A DNA stretch of 64,000 nt from Octopus vulgaris (GCA_951406725.2 OX597834.1:5952001-6016000), one strand, 5' to 3'; shown: positions 1-12,519, counted from the first letter of the stretch. Translations and numbers: made by a program. Notes: a model not told the origin generated them from the letters alone.

Positions 1-195
1 TGGTGATGATGGTGATGGTGATGGTGATGATGATGATGGTGATGATGATGATGATGTTGATGATGATGATGATGGTGGTGGTGATGGTGATGGTGATCAT
101 GGTAATGGTGATGGTAATGATGGTAATGATGATGATGATGATGGTGATGGTGATGATGATGATGGTGGTGATGGTGATGATGATGATGATGACAA
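1..195. repeat. (GAT/GGT)n trinucleotide microsatellite
   Basis: Mixed gat/ggt run; explains the poly-M/V ORF at 3..236. Confidence 0.95.
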
Positions 196-461
196 CGAAG
201 AGGATGAAACGCAAAGTGAACCTCATCAGAATTTGATGGTTGAAATGCCACACAACATTTTGTTTAGTATTCTAAAAATTCTACCTGTTCAGTACCTGAA
301 AATCATTAAATAAAACTTTCAGCTTATGCATCCATCCCCTACATTTTGGAAAATTTTTCCAAAAATCCTCCTATAACAAGGAATTCCATCTGGCCAACTA
401 TTTTCTCTGTCCATTATTCCTGGGAGGGTGGTGGGGATAGCGTCCTTGGCATCACCTCCAT

Positions 462-770
462 TTTTCTTTTTTGTTCCTTCTCGAGCCATGCCTGGCTCAT
501 AAGGGCCGGTTTCCCAGTTTCCTTGGCGTATAGGTTCCCCACCTGGATGGGACGCCGGTCTGTCGCAGGTGAGTGGCAAGATGCAGGAGGAAAGAGTGAG
601 AGAAAGTTGTGGCGAAAGAGTCAGCAGAAGTTTGCCATTACCTTCTGCCAGAGCCGCGTGGAGCTTAGGTGTTTCGCTCATAAACACACACATCACCCGG
701 TCTGAGATTCGAACCCATGATCCTTCGACCGTGAGTCTGCCGCTCTAACCACTAAGCCATGTGCCTCCAC
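462..770 (-). mobile_element. tRNA-derived SINE, family E (head gtggaggc..tggcttagtggttagagc), full length
   Basis: A box tggcttagtgg and B box ggttcgaatct on minus; A-rich tail; 12-bp TSD catcacctccat at 450-461 and 771-782. Confidence 0.9.
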
Positions 771-782
771 CATCACCTCCAT

Positions 783-1000
783 AGGGTCCTGTCAGAAGCA
801 ACCATCATTACACTTTATGAGATGGATTCCTAAGCCTAACCAACAAAGATTATAGATATTATCCAACCATTTATTCTTAATCTGCCTCTAAATCTCCTAC
901 TAATCTGGTTAGCTTCAAGAACTCATCTTGTGATTATTTCCTGTGACATTCTAATAACTTGTCTATAGTCCTACAACATGGAATTCTGTAATAGGAAATC
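783..1000 (-). mobile_element. Highly decayed RTE-type LINE 3' fragment, interrupted by the 462-770 SINE
   Basis: Minus-strand remnants RRFRGR / WLDNIYNLCWLGLGI / VASDRTLW across frameshifts resemble the RTE C-terminus (RGRP..RW.D.I ... A.DR..W). Confidence 0.45.
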
Positions 1001-1091
1001 TATTTTCTGTTGATTTCCATGTACCTAAGGAAGCCAAAATCCACAGAAGTCAAATAGAAAATATGTCTAATGTTACAATATTCCACATTGG

Positions 1092-1295
1092 CACAGGCAT
1101 CGCTGTGTGGTAAGAAATTGTCTTCCCAACCTCATGGTTCCAGGTTCAGTCCCACTGCATGGCACCTTGGGAAAATCTCTTTTTCTATAGCCTCAAGCTG
1201 ACAAAGCCTTACAAGTGGATTTGGTTGATGGAAACTGAAAAGAAGCCCATTGTATATATGTGTGTGTTTGTGTGAGAGTGTTTCTGTTTGTCCCC
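1092..1295 (+). mobile_element. SINE family A, 5' part (older copy)
   Basis: gctgtgtggtaag...ggttcagtcccactgcatggcaccttggg...gaaactgaaaagaagccc matches the other family A copies. Confidence 0.8.
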
Positions 1296-1411
1296 GAATC
1301 TCTCTCTCTCTAGCCAGGTAACCATGTACCTCCTCCAAAGCAAGACACCTGCTCCTGTCTCTGTCTCCCTATAATCTTTCATCATCTGACACAAGATCTC
1401 CTTCCCCAATG

Positions 1412-1643
1412 CCTATTTCTTTATTACCCACAAGGGGCTAAACATAGAGGGGACGAACAAGGACAGACATAGGTATTAAGTCGATTACATCGACCCCAGT
1501 GCGTAACTGGTGCTTAATTTATCGACCCCGAAAGGATGAAAGGCAAAGTCGACCTCGGCGGAATTTGAACTCACAACGTAACGCAGACGAAATACCGCTA
1601 AGCATTTCGCCCGTTGTGCTAACGTTTCTGCCAGCTCGCCGCC
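1412..1643 (-). mobile_element. SINE family C (ggcggcgagctggcagaaacgttag...taaagaaatagg)
   Basis: Near-identical to 5950-6183; B box gagttcaaattcc; central gactttgcctttcatcctttcggggtcgataaa. Confidence 0.9.
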
Positions 1644-1662
1644 TTTATAAGAGGAATGGAAT

Positions 1663-1774
1663 GCTTACAGCAACCAGGGTTCCCAAGCGGTCACCCATCT
1701 AAGTACTAACTAGGCTCGATGTTGCTTAACTTCGGTGATCGGACGAGAACCGGTGCTTTCAACGTGATATGGCC
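1663..1774 (-). pseudogene. 5S rRNA pseudogene/retrocopy, missing about 6 nt at the 5' end
   Basis: Minus strand ggccatatcacgttgaaagcaccggttctcgtccgatcaccgaagttaagcaacatcgagcctagttagtacttagatgggtgaccgcttgggaaccctggttgctgtaagc matches metazoan 5S; no oligo-T terminator follows. Confidence 0.93.
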
Positions 1775-1829
1775 CCAATGCCACCTCCTTTCTCAAAGGA
1801 TCTTTGTCTTGCAACTTACATATTGAACT

Positions 1830-2220
1830 TTGCCAGTGTTGATGCCACATAAAAAGCATTCAGTCCACTCTGTGAAGTGGTTGGCATTTGGAAGGACATC
1901 CAGCTGTGAAAACCTTGTCAAAACTGACCTCACCTGTGCTTGTGCCATGTAAAAAGCACTAAGCCTACTTTGCTGGGTGTTTGATGTCAGGAAAAGCATC
2001 CGGCCACAAAAACGTTACCAAAACAGACACAGAAGTCTGGTGCAGGCTCCTACCTGAGCAGCTCCTGTCAAACCATTGGAGTGGTTGGCATTAGGAAGGG
2101 CATCCAGTTGTAGAAACTCTGCCAGATCAGATTGAAGTCTGGTTCGCCAGACCTCAGTCAAGTCGTCCAACCCATGCTAGCATGGAAAGCGGACGTTAAA
2201 CAATGATGATGATGATGATG
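1830..2220 (+). mobile_element. SINE family B segments (gttggcgttaggaagggcatccagctgtagaaac...ggacgttaaac(gat)n)
   Basis: Three tandem aggaagggcatcc-type modules ending in a (gat)n tail; same as 16480-16636 and 34235-34540. Confidence 0.75.
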
Positions 2221-2279
2221 AAAAATTATATTCAAATAAATTCATGTTCATACGATGCCTACATTCTGTCTACATTCAG

Positions 2280-2725
2280 CACATACATACATAAATACAT
2301 ACATACGTACATTCATACATACATACATACAGCACATACATACATACACACACACATACATACATACATACATACATACATACATACATACATACACACA
2401 CACATACATACATACATACATACATACATACATACATACATACACACACACATACATACATACATATATACATACATACATACATACGTACGTACACACA
2501 TACATACATACATACATACGTACATACATACATACGTACGTACATACATACAGCACATACATGCATACACACATACATACATACGTACATACACACCTAC
2601 ATGCATGCATACATACATACATACATACATGCATACATACAAACACACATACATACATACACACATACACACATACACACACACAGCACATACATCCAAC
2701 ACACACACATACACACACAACACAT
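2280..2725. repeat. (CATA)n/(CA)n microsatellite
   Basis: Direct inspection. Confidence 0.97.
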
Positions 2726-3447
2726 AAATATTTGTGATTGTAAGTTATTCAGTGTGATTTTTGCGTCTCTTCTTCTCTTCCAACATGGTGTCCGTTGTTA
2801 TTCACTGTGCATTTATATGACAACCTTTACGTCTGCGCACACCTAAGTGTGATTGATCATATTATCTCAGACAACACACCTTAATTTATTAGAAGCTGTT
2901 TGACACAACCTTGTACATTCTTCTTTCCGTTGTCCGTCTGTCTGTTTGTCAATGGCTAGCAAGCTTTGTTGCCAGTAATCTCAATGTAATTGATTCAGAC
3001 AGTTAAATGTAAATCTTATACATTACTTTCAGTTTAGCAATCAGTCTAATAGTTTTTCCTCAAAGTAGGGTGTCCTATTGCCTCGTTTCACGGTTTTTCT
3101 ATTGTAACTTAGATTCATTGAGATGATATCCATCCAAATATTTTTGTTTTTCCATCTTAAGCAATTCAACGAACTTTCGTCCATAAAATGTCAACATCTT
3201 ATACAAACATATCCCTTCTTAATGCATTTCTCTCATCCAGATTTCACACACTAATCTTACTACATGTTGTTGTTGTTGTTGTTGTTATTTTGACCAAAAC
3301 CAAACAAATTATGATCAAAGCATTCCAAGCATGACCAACCCAACCCAACATATTTTCATGCATCATTTATTATATTATCTAATGTGTCCTTCCTTTTCTA
3401 AGATTGTAAGGTGTGGTTTGAAGGACGTTTGGTAGTTATTTCTAATA

Positions 3448-3850
3448 AGCGCAGGTGTGGCTGTGTGGTAAGTAGCTTGCTAACCAACCATATTGTTCCG
3501 GGTTCAGTCCCACTGCGTGGCATCTTGGGCAAGTGTCTTCTGCTATAGCCCCTGGCCGACCAATGCCTTGTGAGTGGATTTGGTAGACGGAAACTGAAAG
3601 AAGCCTGTCGTATATATATATATATATATGTATGTGTTTGTATGTGTTTGTCTCCCTAGCATTGCTTGACAACCGATGCTGGTGTGTTTACATCCCCGTC
3701 ACTTAGCGGTTCGGCAAAAAAGACCGATAGAATAAGTACTGGGCTTACAAAGAATAAGTCCTAGGGTCGATTTGCTTGACTAAAGGCGGTGCTCCAGCAT
3801 GGCCGCAGTCAAATGACTGAAACAAGTAAAAGAGAGTAAAAGAGTAAAGA
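3448..3850 (+). mobile_element. SINE family A, full length
   Basis: tRNA-like head, CORE-like cttgggcaagtgtctt, internal (TA)n(TG)n, tail ggcggtgctccagcatggccgcagtcaaatgactgaaacaagt(aaaagagt)n. Confidence 0.93.
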
Positions 3851-4067
3851 GGTTGAATGACCACACAAAAGCTTTCTCGTTGAGAGTGACCAATGAACAG
3901 ATGGGAGACAGTAGAGTGGATGCAGTATTGATCTCGTTGCTTAAGTGTTATGGGTTCAAATTAAACTTTAAGACTAGCACTCCATCATCAATTACAATGA
4001 CCAAGGTTCCAGTTCATCCGATCAATGGAACAGCATGCTTATGAACTTAACAAACAAGTGGCTGATA

Positions 4068-4318
4068 GGCACATGGCTTAGTGGTTAAGGTGTTGGACTA
4101 ATGATCTTAAGATTGTGGTTTCAGTTCCTGGACTGGGTGACATGTTGTGTCCTTGAGCAAAACACTTCATTTCATGTTGCTCCTGTCCACTCAGCTGGCA
4201 AAAATGAATGACCCCGCAACAGACCGGCGTCCAGTCAAGAAGGGAAATATATATGCCATGAAAATGGGAAATGGGCCATTATGAAGTGGCATGGCTCAAG
4301 AAGGTAAATTTACTTTAT
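4068..4318 (+). mobile_element. tRNA-derived SINE family F (CORE-like body, tail shared with 462-770)
   Basis: A box tggcttagtgg; ccttgagcaaaacactt; cagaccggcgtcc...ggcatggctcaagaagg. Confidence 0.75.
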
Positions 4319-4345
4319 TCCATAGACACATGTACTCTTAATGTA

Positions 4346-4763
4346 CCTATTTCTTTACTACCCACAAGGGGTTAAACACAGAGGAGACAAACAAGGACAG
4401 ACAGACGGATTAAGTCGATTATATAGACCCCAGTGTGTAACTAGTACTTAATTTATCGACCCCGAAATGATGAAAGGCAAAGTCGACCTCGACTGAATTT
4501 GAACTCAGAACGTAACGGCAGACAAAATACCTGTTTCTTTACTACCCACAAGGGGCTAAACACAGAGGGGACAAACAAGGACAGACTGACGGATTAAGTT
4601 GATTACATCAACCCCAGTGTGTAACTGGTTCTTAATTTATCGACCCCGAAAGGATGAAAGGCAAAGTCGACCTCGGCGGAATTTGAACTCAGAACGTAAC
4701 GGCAGACGAAATACTGCTAAGCATTTCGACTGGCATGCTAACAATTCTGCCAGCTTGCCGCCT
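4346..4763 (-). mobile_element. SINE family C partial tandem dimer
   Basis: Two near-identical 3' units; 10-bp TSD ttaatgtacc at 4338-4347 and 4766-4775. Confidence 0.88.
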
Positions 4764-4959
4764 TTTTAATGTACCCTTAATATAGTTCTCAGGGAGATTC
4801 AGTATGACACAGAATGTGACAAAGCTGGCCCTTTGAAATACTTCTTATTATTTATTTTTGTCTGCTGAGCAGACTTAAGCAACATTGAAATAAAGTGTCT
4901 TGCTCAAAGACTCAATGCATTGCCAGTTGACCAAGACCTTTGGTGATGTATCGTGTTTG

Positions 4960-5195
4960 TGTTGACCTGTGAAGCCAAGTAAGACTGTAGTTGTGGCCGA
5001 TGCCAGAGTCAGATCAATGGAACCCATGTTGGTAGGACATAAAAAGCACCCACTACGCTCTCGGAGTGGTTGGCATTAGGAAGGGGATCCAGCTGTAGAA
5101 AAACCCTTGCCAAATCAAATTGGAACCTGGCGCAGGTCCCTGACTTATCCGTTTCAGTCAAACCGTCCAACCCATGCTAGCATGGAAAACTAAAA
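4960..5195 (+). mobile_element. SINE family B
   Basis: ctctcggagtggttggcattaggaagg...ccgtccaacccatgctagcatgg. Confidence 0.8.
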
Positions 5196-5199
5196 ATGA

Positions 5200-5390
5200 T
5201 ACTCTTTACACTTTTACGACCATGCTGGAGCACTGCCTTTAGTCGAGCAAATCGACCCCAGGACTTGTTCTTAGTGAGCCCAGTACTTATTCTATTGGTC
5301 TCTTTTGCTGAACCGCTAAGTTACAGGGACGTAAACACACCAGCATTAGTTGTCAAGCGATTTGGGAGGGATAAACACAGACACACAAAC

Positions 5391-5422
<32 letters not shown>

Positions 5423-5758
5423 GACGGGCTTCTTTCAGTTTCTGTCTACCAAATCCACTCACAAGGCTTTGGTCGGCCCGTGGCTATAGTAGAAGACACT
5501 TGCCCAAGGTGCCACGCTGTGGGAATGAACCCGGAACCACGTGGTTGGTAAGCAAGCTACTTACCACACAGCCACTCCTACACCTATATATATATATATA
5601 TACGACGGGCTTCTTTCAGTTTCCATCTACCAAATCCACTCACAAGGCTTTGGTTGACTCAAAGCTATAGTAAAAGACACTTGCCCAAGGTGCCACGCAG
5701 TGGGAATGAACCCAGAACCATGTGGTTGGTAAGCAAGCTACTTACCACACAGCCACTC
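5200..5758 (-). mobile_element. SINE family A plus tandem partial second head
   Basis: Reverse complement of the family A consensus; head region repeated at 5600-5758. Confidence 0.88.
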
Positions 5759-5949
5759 ATGATGATGATGAGGATTTCGAATATGCCGTTTATTGTGTTT
5801 CTATAGAAGATACTTAGTTGCTTTTTTGCCTCCAAGTATCTGAGTTGTTGTCTAGCCACAGGTCAGTACTGACCTAACTGATCTATGATCAAAGACATTC
5901 TAACCTTGACTACTCTGTCGAATATTTTGGTATAATATGTTTATTTATT

Positions 5950-6183
5950 GGCGGCGAGCTGGCAGAAACGTTAGCGCGCCGGGCGAGATGCTTAGCGGTA
6001 TTTCATCTGTCGTTACGTTCTGAGTTCAAATTCCGCCGAGGTCGACTTTGCCTTTCATCCCTTTGGGGTCGATAAATATAGTACCAGTTATGCACTGGGG
6101 TCGATGTAATCGACTTAATACCTATGTCTGTCCTTGTTTGTCCCCTCTATGTTTAGCCCCTTGTGGGTAATAAAGAAATAGGT
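5950..6183 (+). mobile_element. SINE family C, full length
   Basis: ggcggcgagctggcagaaacg...gtgggtaataaagaaatagg; diverged TSD ggtataatatgtttat / ggtatgatatatttat. Confidence 0.92.
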
Positions 6184-6296
6184 ATGATATATTTATAACT
6201 ACATTAAGGTGGTGAGCTGGCAGAAGCATTAGCACACTGGGTGAAATGTTTAGCAGCATTTCATCCTTGTTCACATTCTGAGTTCAAATTCTACCA

Positions 6297-6590
6297 AATT
6301 TTGGAAAAAAATCTTTTTATTTCTTAAATATTATTAGCGCTTTCATTTGTTTTTAGAACTTGTCAAATAAAATTTTATGAATGTAAAAACAGCTTGTTCA
6401 CTTATATCAAGCAGATGTTTTTTTTAGAGGGGGGGGTCTCAGTACCTCATCTGTTTTATATTAATGAACAAGCTGTTTTTACATTCATAAGATTTTATTT
6501 CACAAGTTCAAGAAGCAAACAAAAGCGCTAATAATAATGAAGAAATAAAAATAATTTTTTTTCCAAAATTCTGACGACTTTTTTTCTCAA
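6297..6590. mobile_element. Palindromic AT-rich MITE-like foldback
   Basis: About 120-bp arms (ttattagcgcttt...tgaatgtaaaaacagcttgttca versus tgaacaagctgtttttacattca...aaagcgctaataa); terminus ccaaaattctgac shared with 49214-49322. Confidence 0.7.
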
Positions 6591-6604
6591 TATATATATA
6601 CATA

Positions 6605-7223
6605 CTAGCAGTATTGCCCGGCTCAACAGGGATTTCAGGGGAGAGTTTCAGGGAGTCGCTGGCGATGTATCGTGATGATCAAAAATCCGGCCTGCTAAAA
6701 TTTGGTTAAAGTGATTCAAACTGCAGGCTCAACGCAAAATGGTCACATTTAATTGAAAGCGTTAAAAATGTTATGAAAACAATTGGTATGTGTTCACAAA
6801 GTCCAAACGATTAATACGAAAAAAACCCCTCCAGGCTACATCCCGAAAATTCATTTCTTTGCCGAATTTCTACAATGTTTACGGCGATTCATTTTTATAT
6901 CTTGATTTTTTATTTTTCATGCAATTTACGCATGCTTGCACGTATGGTGAACACAGTTCACGTCAAACAGCTGACTGAGTAAAGTTCACTATTCAATGCA
7001 TGGGATAAGGCCTAAACAAACACATTATCGATTTTTGCCCTTGTGAGATGAATTTCCGAACAGAAATAGCGCAGTTCAATTTTCATTCGCCTAAACTTTA
7101 AGTGACCCATTTTTGGTGGTTCTACGATTTGTTGGCTAGGAGGAGATGTGCCGGGAAGTTAAACACACAGGCACACATACAGATACACACACAGACACAC
7201 AAGTTGAGATTTATATATATAGA
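6605..7223 (-). mobile_element. Non-autonomous Helitron
   Basis: Minus strand starts TC(tatatat) and ends gccgggcaatactgCTAG, between A and T, no TSD; termini match 37461 and 61708. Confidence 0.75.
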
Positions 7224-7269
7224 TATAGGGGATGTGGCCTTAACACTTCTGCTGTGAGACGATAGGTCT

Positions 7270-7752
7270 TCTTGAGTACAGTATGGGGCCAGGTAACTTG
7301 GTCTTTTGTTATTTTGTCTAAAAGGTTCAGCATCCAGAGGTCGTCCGTCAGTACCTCATCTCACGTCTTCCTGAGTCTCTCTTCTTCACAAATTCCACCA
7401 ACTTTGAGAGATCAGCACTTCTTTATGGAGCTTTCAGCATCCATCCACGTAACATGACCAAACCAGCAGAGTCTTCTCTCTTGTACAATGCATCTAATTC
7501 CTCTTATGCCTAATTTTTCCCTCAATACTCTTGCACTCTGTCAGACATGTACACTTGTACTCTGTCAGACATGTACACATTACACTTCCAGTGGAGCATA
7601 CTAGCCTCATTCCTATCTAGCCCTCACATGTCCTCTGCATTCAGGGCCCACATCTCACTACCATGCAGAATTACTGTTTGCATACATGCTTCATACACTT
7701 TTCCTTTCACTCTGAGAGAAAAATTTTTAATTGCCAACAGAGGTAAGAGCTC
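7270..7752 (-). mobile_element. RTE-clade LINE ORF 3' fragment (decayed)
   Basis: Minus translation RELLPLL...SLRVKGKVYEAC...LHGSEMW...LREKLGIRGIRCIVQERRLCWFGHV, with stops. Confidence 0.85.
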
Positions 7753-8105
7753 TCTTTTACTCTTTTACTCTTTTACTTGTTTCAGTCATTTGACTGCGGC
7801 CATGCTGGAGCACTGCCTTTAATCGAGAAACTAGACCCCGGGAGTTATTCTTTGTAAGCCCAGTACTTATTCCATCAGTCTCCTTTGCCGAACCACTAAG
7901 TGACAGGGACATAAACACACCAGCATCGGTTGTCAAGCAATGCTAGGGGGACAAACACAGACACACAAACACACACGCACACATACACACATATATATAT
8001 ACATATGTACTACGGGCTTCTTTCAGTTTCCGTCTACCAAATCTACTCACAAGGCTTTGGTCGGCCCAGGGCTATAGTAGAAGACACTTACCCAAGGTGC
8101 CAAGC
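7753..8105 (-). mobile_element. SINE family A (5' truncated)
   Basis: Family A consensus on minus. Confidence 0.9.
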
Positions 8106-8399
8106 AGTGACTCATTTCTATTCTTATTCCTTTTAAATAAATATTTCCATTTTTGCATTACGACTTTGCAATAATTTGGGTAGAGACAGTGGAGTGGCTG
8201 TTCAGTAAATTTGTGCAAGAATGACTGGGTGTTCCCCCAAATTTCAACCCAGGCAATCTGTACAGTAAGACCTCTAAGCATCACTGGCTGCCATGATCAT
8301 TGCCCTGCAGAAGAAAGGTCAGGAATGCAGGCATCTGAAGAAAGCCATCAAGGAGACAGGCATGGTCATTCCTCATCAGATGCAGGGGTAACAGTCAAT

Positions 8400-8845
8400 A
8401 TGTATGTATGTATGTGTGTATGTGTGTATGTGTGTATGTATGTATGTATGTGTGTATGTATGTGTGTATGTATGTATGTGTGTATGTATGTGTGTATGTA
8501 TGGATGGATGAATGGATGCATGTATGTATGTATGTACGTATGTATGTGTGTGTGTATGTATGTATGCATGTGTGTGTGTATGTATGTATGTATGTACGTA
8601 CGTACATGTGTATGTATGTATGTATGTATGTGTGTGTGTATGTATGTATGTACGTACGTATGTGTGTATGTATGTATGTATGTATGTATGTGTGTGTATG
8701 TATGTGTGTATGTATGTATGTATGTATGTATATATGGATAGATGGATGGATGGATGGATGTGCATACACACATACATGTATGTATTTGGAGAGAAAGAGA
8801 GAGAGAGAGGGAAAGAGAGAGAGAGAGAGAAAAAGAGAGAAAGAG
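8400..8845. repeat. (TATG)n then (GA)n microsatellites
   Basis: Direct inspection. Confidence 0.95.
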
Positions 8846-9158
8846 CTGATGTATGAACATTATAAAATATATCCATGGTATTTGAATTATGGATATTTTC
8901 AGAAATCTAAATGATTCAGCTTTTTATTTCAAATATTACAGACATATTACATTCAGAATTTACGCTGAAGATGACATCAGAGAAGAGAAAATGTTATTTG
9001 GAATTGAATGTTCTGAGAAACATTGAATAAGCAGAAATGTCTTTGACATTTTGAGCTCGAATATTTTACCAAAAAGTCAGAGATAGAAGGAAGCGCAGAG
9101 GAAGGAAAGAATCAAGAGAGCATTGTAAAAGCATGTTCTGTTCTTTAAATATATATAT

Positions 9159-9578
9159 AGGCGTAGAAGTGGCTGTGTGGTAAGTAGCTTGCTTACGAAC
9201 TACATGGTTCCGGGTTCAGTCCCACTGCGTGGCACCTTGGGCAAGTGCTTATGAGCTACTATAGCATTGGGCCGACCAAAGCGTTGTGAGTGGATTTGGT
9301 AGACGGAAACTGAAAGAAGCCCGTCGTATATATGTATATATATGCGTGTGTGTGTTTGTGTGTCTGTGTTTGTCACCCTAGCATTGCTTGACAATCGATG
9401 CTGGTGTGCTTATGTCCCCGTCACTTAGCGATTCAGCAAAAGAGACCGATAGAATAAGTACTAGGCTTACAAAGAATAAGTCCCGGGGTCGATTTGCTCG
9501 ACTAAAGGCAGTGCTCCAGCATGGCCACAGTCACATGACTGAAATAAGTAAAAGAGTAAAAGAGAGTAAAAAGAGTAT
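9159..9578 (+). mobile_element. SINE family A, full length
   Basis: Family A consensus. Confidence 0.92.
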
Positions 9579-9674
9579 TAACAACAGAGGAAATATAAAT
9601 ACTGAGGAGTAATATTTATCTCCACTTAAACATGGATGCTCTGTTAGAACAAACTATACTGTAATACATACCAT

Positions 9675-9929
9675 GGGACGAAGCCAGAGGAAACTCTGGT
9701 GGAAGTCCGAAGTGCTTCTGATGTGCAAATCGATCATCGGTGCTGGGTTTAGGGGCGAAAGACCAATTGAGCCGTCTAGTAGCTGGTTCCCTCCGAAGTC
9801 TTCCACAGGATAGCTAGCACCAGTGGGAGAACGACACGCAATTCCGTCCGGTAAAGCGAACGACTGGAGTCCCCAGGGATGTTGACGGCCTCGATCTACT
9901 CTCAAACTCAGAACGGGCGAAACAGGCTC
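9675..9929 (+). pseudogene. 28S (LSU) rRNA fragment pseudogene
   Basis: ggacgaagccagaggaaactctggtgga...gtgcaaatcgatc...aggggcgaaagac...tctagtagctggttccctccgaagt...caggatagct...ccggtaaagcgaa...ctcaaact are conserved eukaryotic LSU core motifs; isolated about 255 nt. Confidence 0.92.
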
Positions 9930-10352
9930 TATCTCTTTTTACTCTTTTATTTGTTTCAGTCATTTGACTGTGGCCATGCTGGAGCACCGCCTTTAGTTGA
10001 ACAAATCGACCCCAGGACTTATTCTTTGTAAGCCTACTACTTATTCTATCGGTCTCTTTTGCCGAACCACTAAGTGACGGGGACATAAACACACCAGCAT
10101 CGGTTGTCAAGCAATGCTGGAGGACACACAGACATACAAACATATACACACACATACACAAATATATATATATACATATACATATACACGACGGGCTTCT
10201 TTCAGTTTCTGTCTATCAAATCCACTCACAAGGCTTTGGTTGGCCTGAAGCTATAGCAGAAGACACTTGCCCAAGGTGCCACGCAGTGGGACTGAACCTG
10301 GAACCATATGGTTTATAAGCAAGCTACTTACCACACAGCTGCTCCTGCACCT
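9930..10352 (-). mobile_element. SINE family A, full length
   Basis: Family A consensus on minus. Confidence 0.92.
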
Positions 10353-10774
10353 CTCCTGATAGTTTTTGGTGCAAAATTCACCCTCATTTATGTCACTGGC
10401 AGGGAGATAAATCCTTGCCCATCCTTGTTTCATTTTGCCACTGATGGACACTTAACCTGTTAGAGAGAGTGGCTACTTATCTCCCTGCCAATGATATACA
10501 GAAAAACAGTACCAGAACAGACTCCAATATCGCGATTATCCAGAAAGCTTGTATTAATACTTCGTCTGTTGCTAATAAACCTAACCCTAATTTTTTATTA
10601 AACTCATTGGCTAATCACAACATTAGCGCCTCTTCTTGTGCTATTTTTCTATATATTGCTGGTGGGGAGATTAGCTGGTCCTATCTCATAGCTGTCAAGT
10701 GTCCATCATTGACAAGACCAAAGAAGGTCGAAATCACACAATTTGGTGGTCTCAGCATTGGAGACCATTTCTTT

Positions 10775-11175
10775 TTTTTGTTACTTGTTTCAGTCATTTG
10801 ACTGCGGCCATGCTGGAGCACCGTCTTTAATCAAGCAACTCGACCCCGGGACTTATTCTTTGTAAGCCCAGTACTTATTCTATCGGTCTCTTTTGCTGAA
10901 CTGCTAAGTGACGGGGACATAAACACACCAGCATCGGTTGTCAAGCAATGCTAGGGGGACAAACACAGACACACAAACACACACATATATATATATATAT
11001 ATACATATATACGAATGGGCTTCTTTCAGTTTCCGTCTACCAAATCCACTCACAAGGCTTTGGTCGGCCCGAGGTTATAGTAGAAGACACTTGCCCAAGG
11101 TGCCACACAGTGGGACTGAACCCGGAACCATGTGGTTGGTAAACAAGCTATTTACCACACAGCTACTCCTGCGCC
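10775..11175 (-). mobile_element. SINE family A, full length
   Basis: Family A consensus on minus. Confidence 0.92.
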
Positions 11176-11589
11176 ATTGTGCATAAATTTCTAAAACACA
11201 TTCTAGACATGGCCATCCCAACATTTTGGTGAACATTAACCATCAGGGATTGATACCCAATGCATTCCTTTGCAAGAAAGTAACCAGCAATATGAAGAGG
11301 CATTTGCTCCTTCTTCTAGCCAGGTGAGCAAACACAAAGATGTTTCTCTGGGTGGATGGGGGTGGGGGTGGGGGTGAAGATATGAGAAGTGAATGGTCAA
11401 TACCTACTTGTGGTACCGGAAAACCAATGAAGATGTGGAAGAGGCAAGGCAGACCTGTGGATGTCTTGGTTCACTTGCCGAGATCAGAAAGAGTCAGTAG
11501 ATGTGGAAATATTTCATATTGCATAATGATTCTTCAACTTCTAGAAGTATGACAAAAGAGATGTGACATACTAGCGCTTATTACACTAT

Positions 11590-11741
11590 ATACACATGCA
11601 CACACACACACACACACCTACATATATACCTACATATATATAATAAATATATATTTATATATACACACACATATATAGATATATATAATTATAATATAAC
11701 ATATATATATAATATAATATATATATATATTATATAATATA

Positions 11742-11779
<38 letters not shown>

Positions 11780-12338
11780 ATATATATAGATATATAATTA
11801 TAATATAACATATATATATATAATATAATATATATATATATAATACATTTATATATATAATATAATATGATATATATATAATATAATATATATATATAAT
11901 ATAATATAATATATATATAATATAATACATATATATATAATATAATATACCTAGATATATATAATTATAATGTAATATATATATATGTGTCTGTATAGTA
12001 GAAAAGATTAATTATTATTGTTATTATTGGTGTTTTGTTTTTATTCTTATTTTTCTAAGAACAACACATTTCTTTTAACCTTAATACAATATATCCGTAT
12101 GCATGTGTATACATAATATAATACTATATATATGCATATGCATATATATATATAGATTTAAAACATGTCTATAAATGTATATGTATTTCTGTGTGTCAGT
12201 GTGCATCTTTACGTATTAATAATGCAATATACACACATATATATATATACATAATATATACATACATATATATACACACACATATATATACATACATATA
12301 TATATGTATATATATATATATATATACATATAAAAATA

Positions 12339-12372
<34 letters not shown>

Positions 12373-12380
12373 ATATGTAT

Positions 12381-12413
<33 letters not shown>

Positions 12414-12483
12414 TACATACATATATATATATACATACATACATATATATACATACATAATTACATACATACATACATATATA

Positions 12484-12519
<36 letters not shown>

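Noticed and set aside
2730-3260. Apparently unique segment, possible exon or regulatory DNA
   Set aside because: No recognisable peptide or convincing splice-bounded frame.
8205-8398. GC-richer open stretch (AAMIIALQKKGQECRHLKKAIKETG)
   Set aside because: Too short to assign; could be a LINE remnant.
11250-11330. Possible micro-exon ending CAG|GTGAGC
   Set aside because: Weak acceptor, no recognisable peptide and no partner exons; needs RNA-seq.
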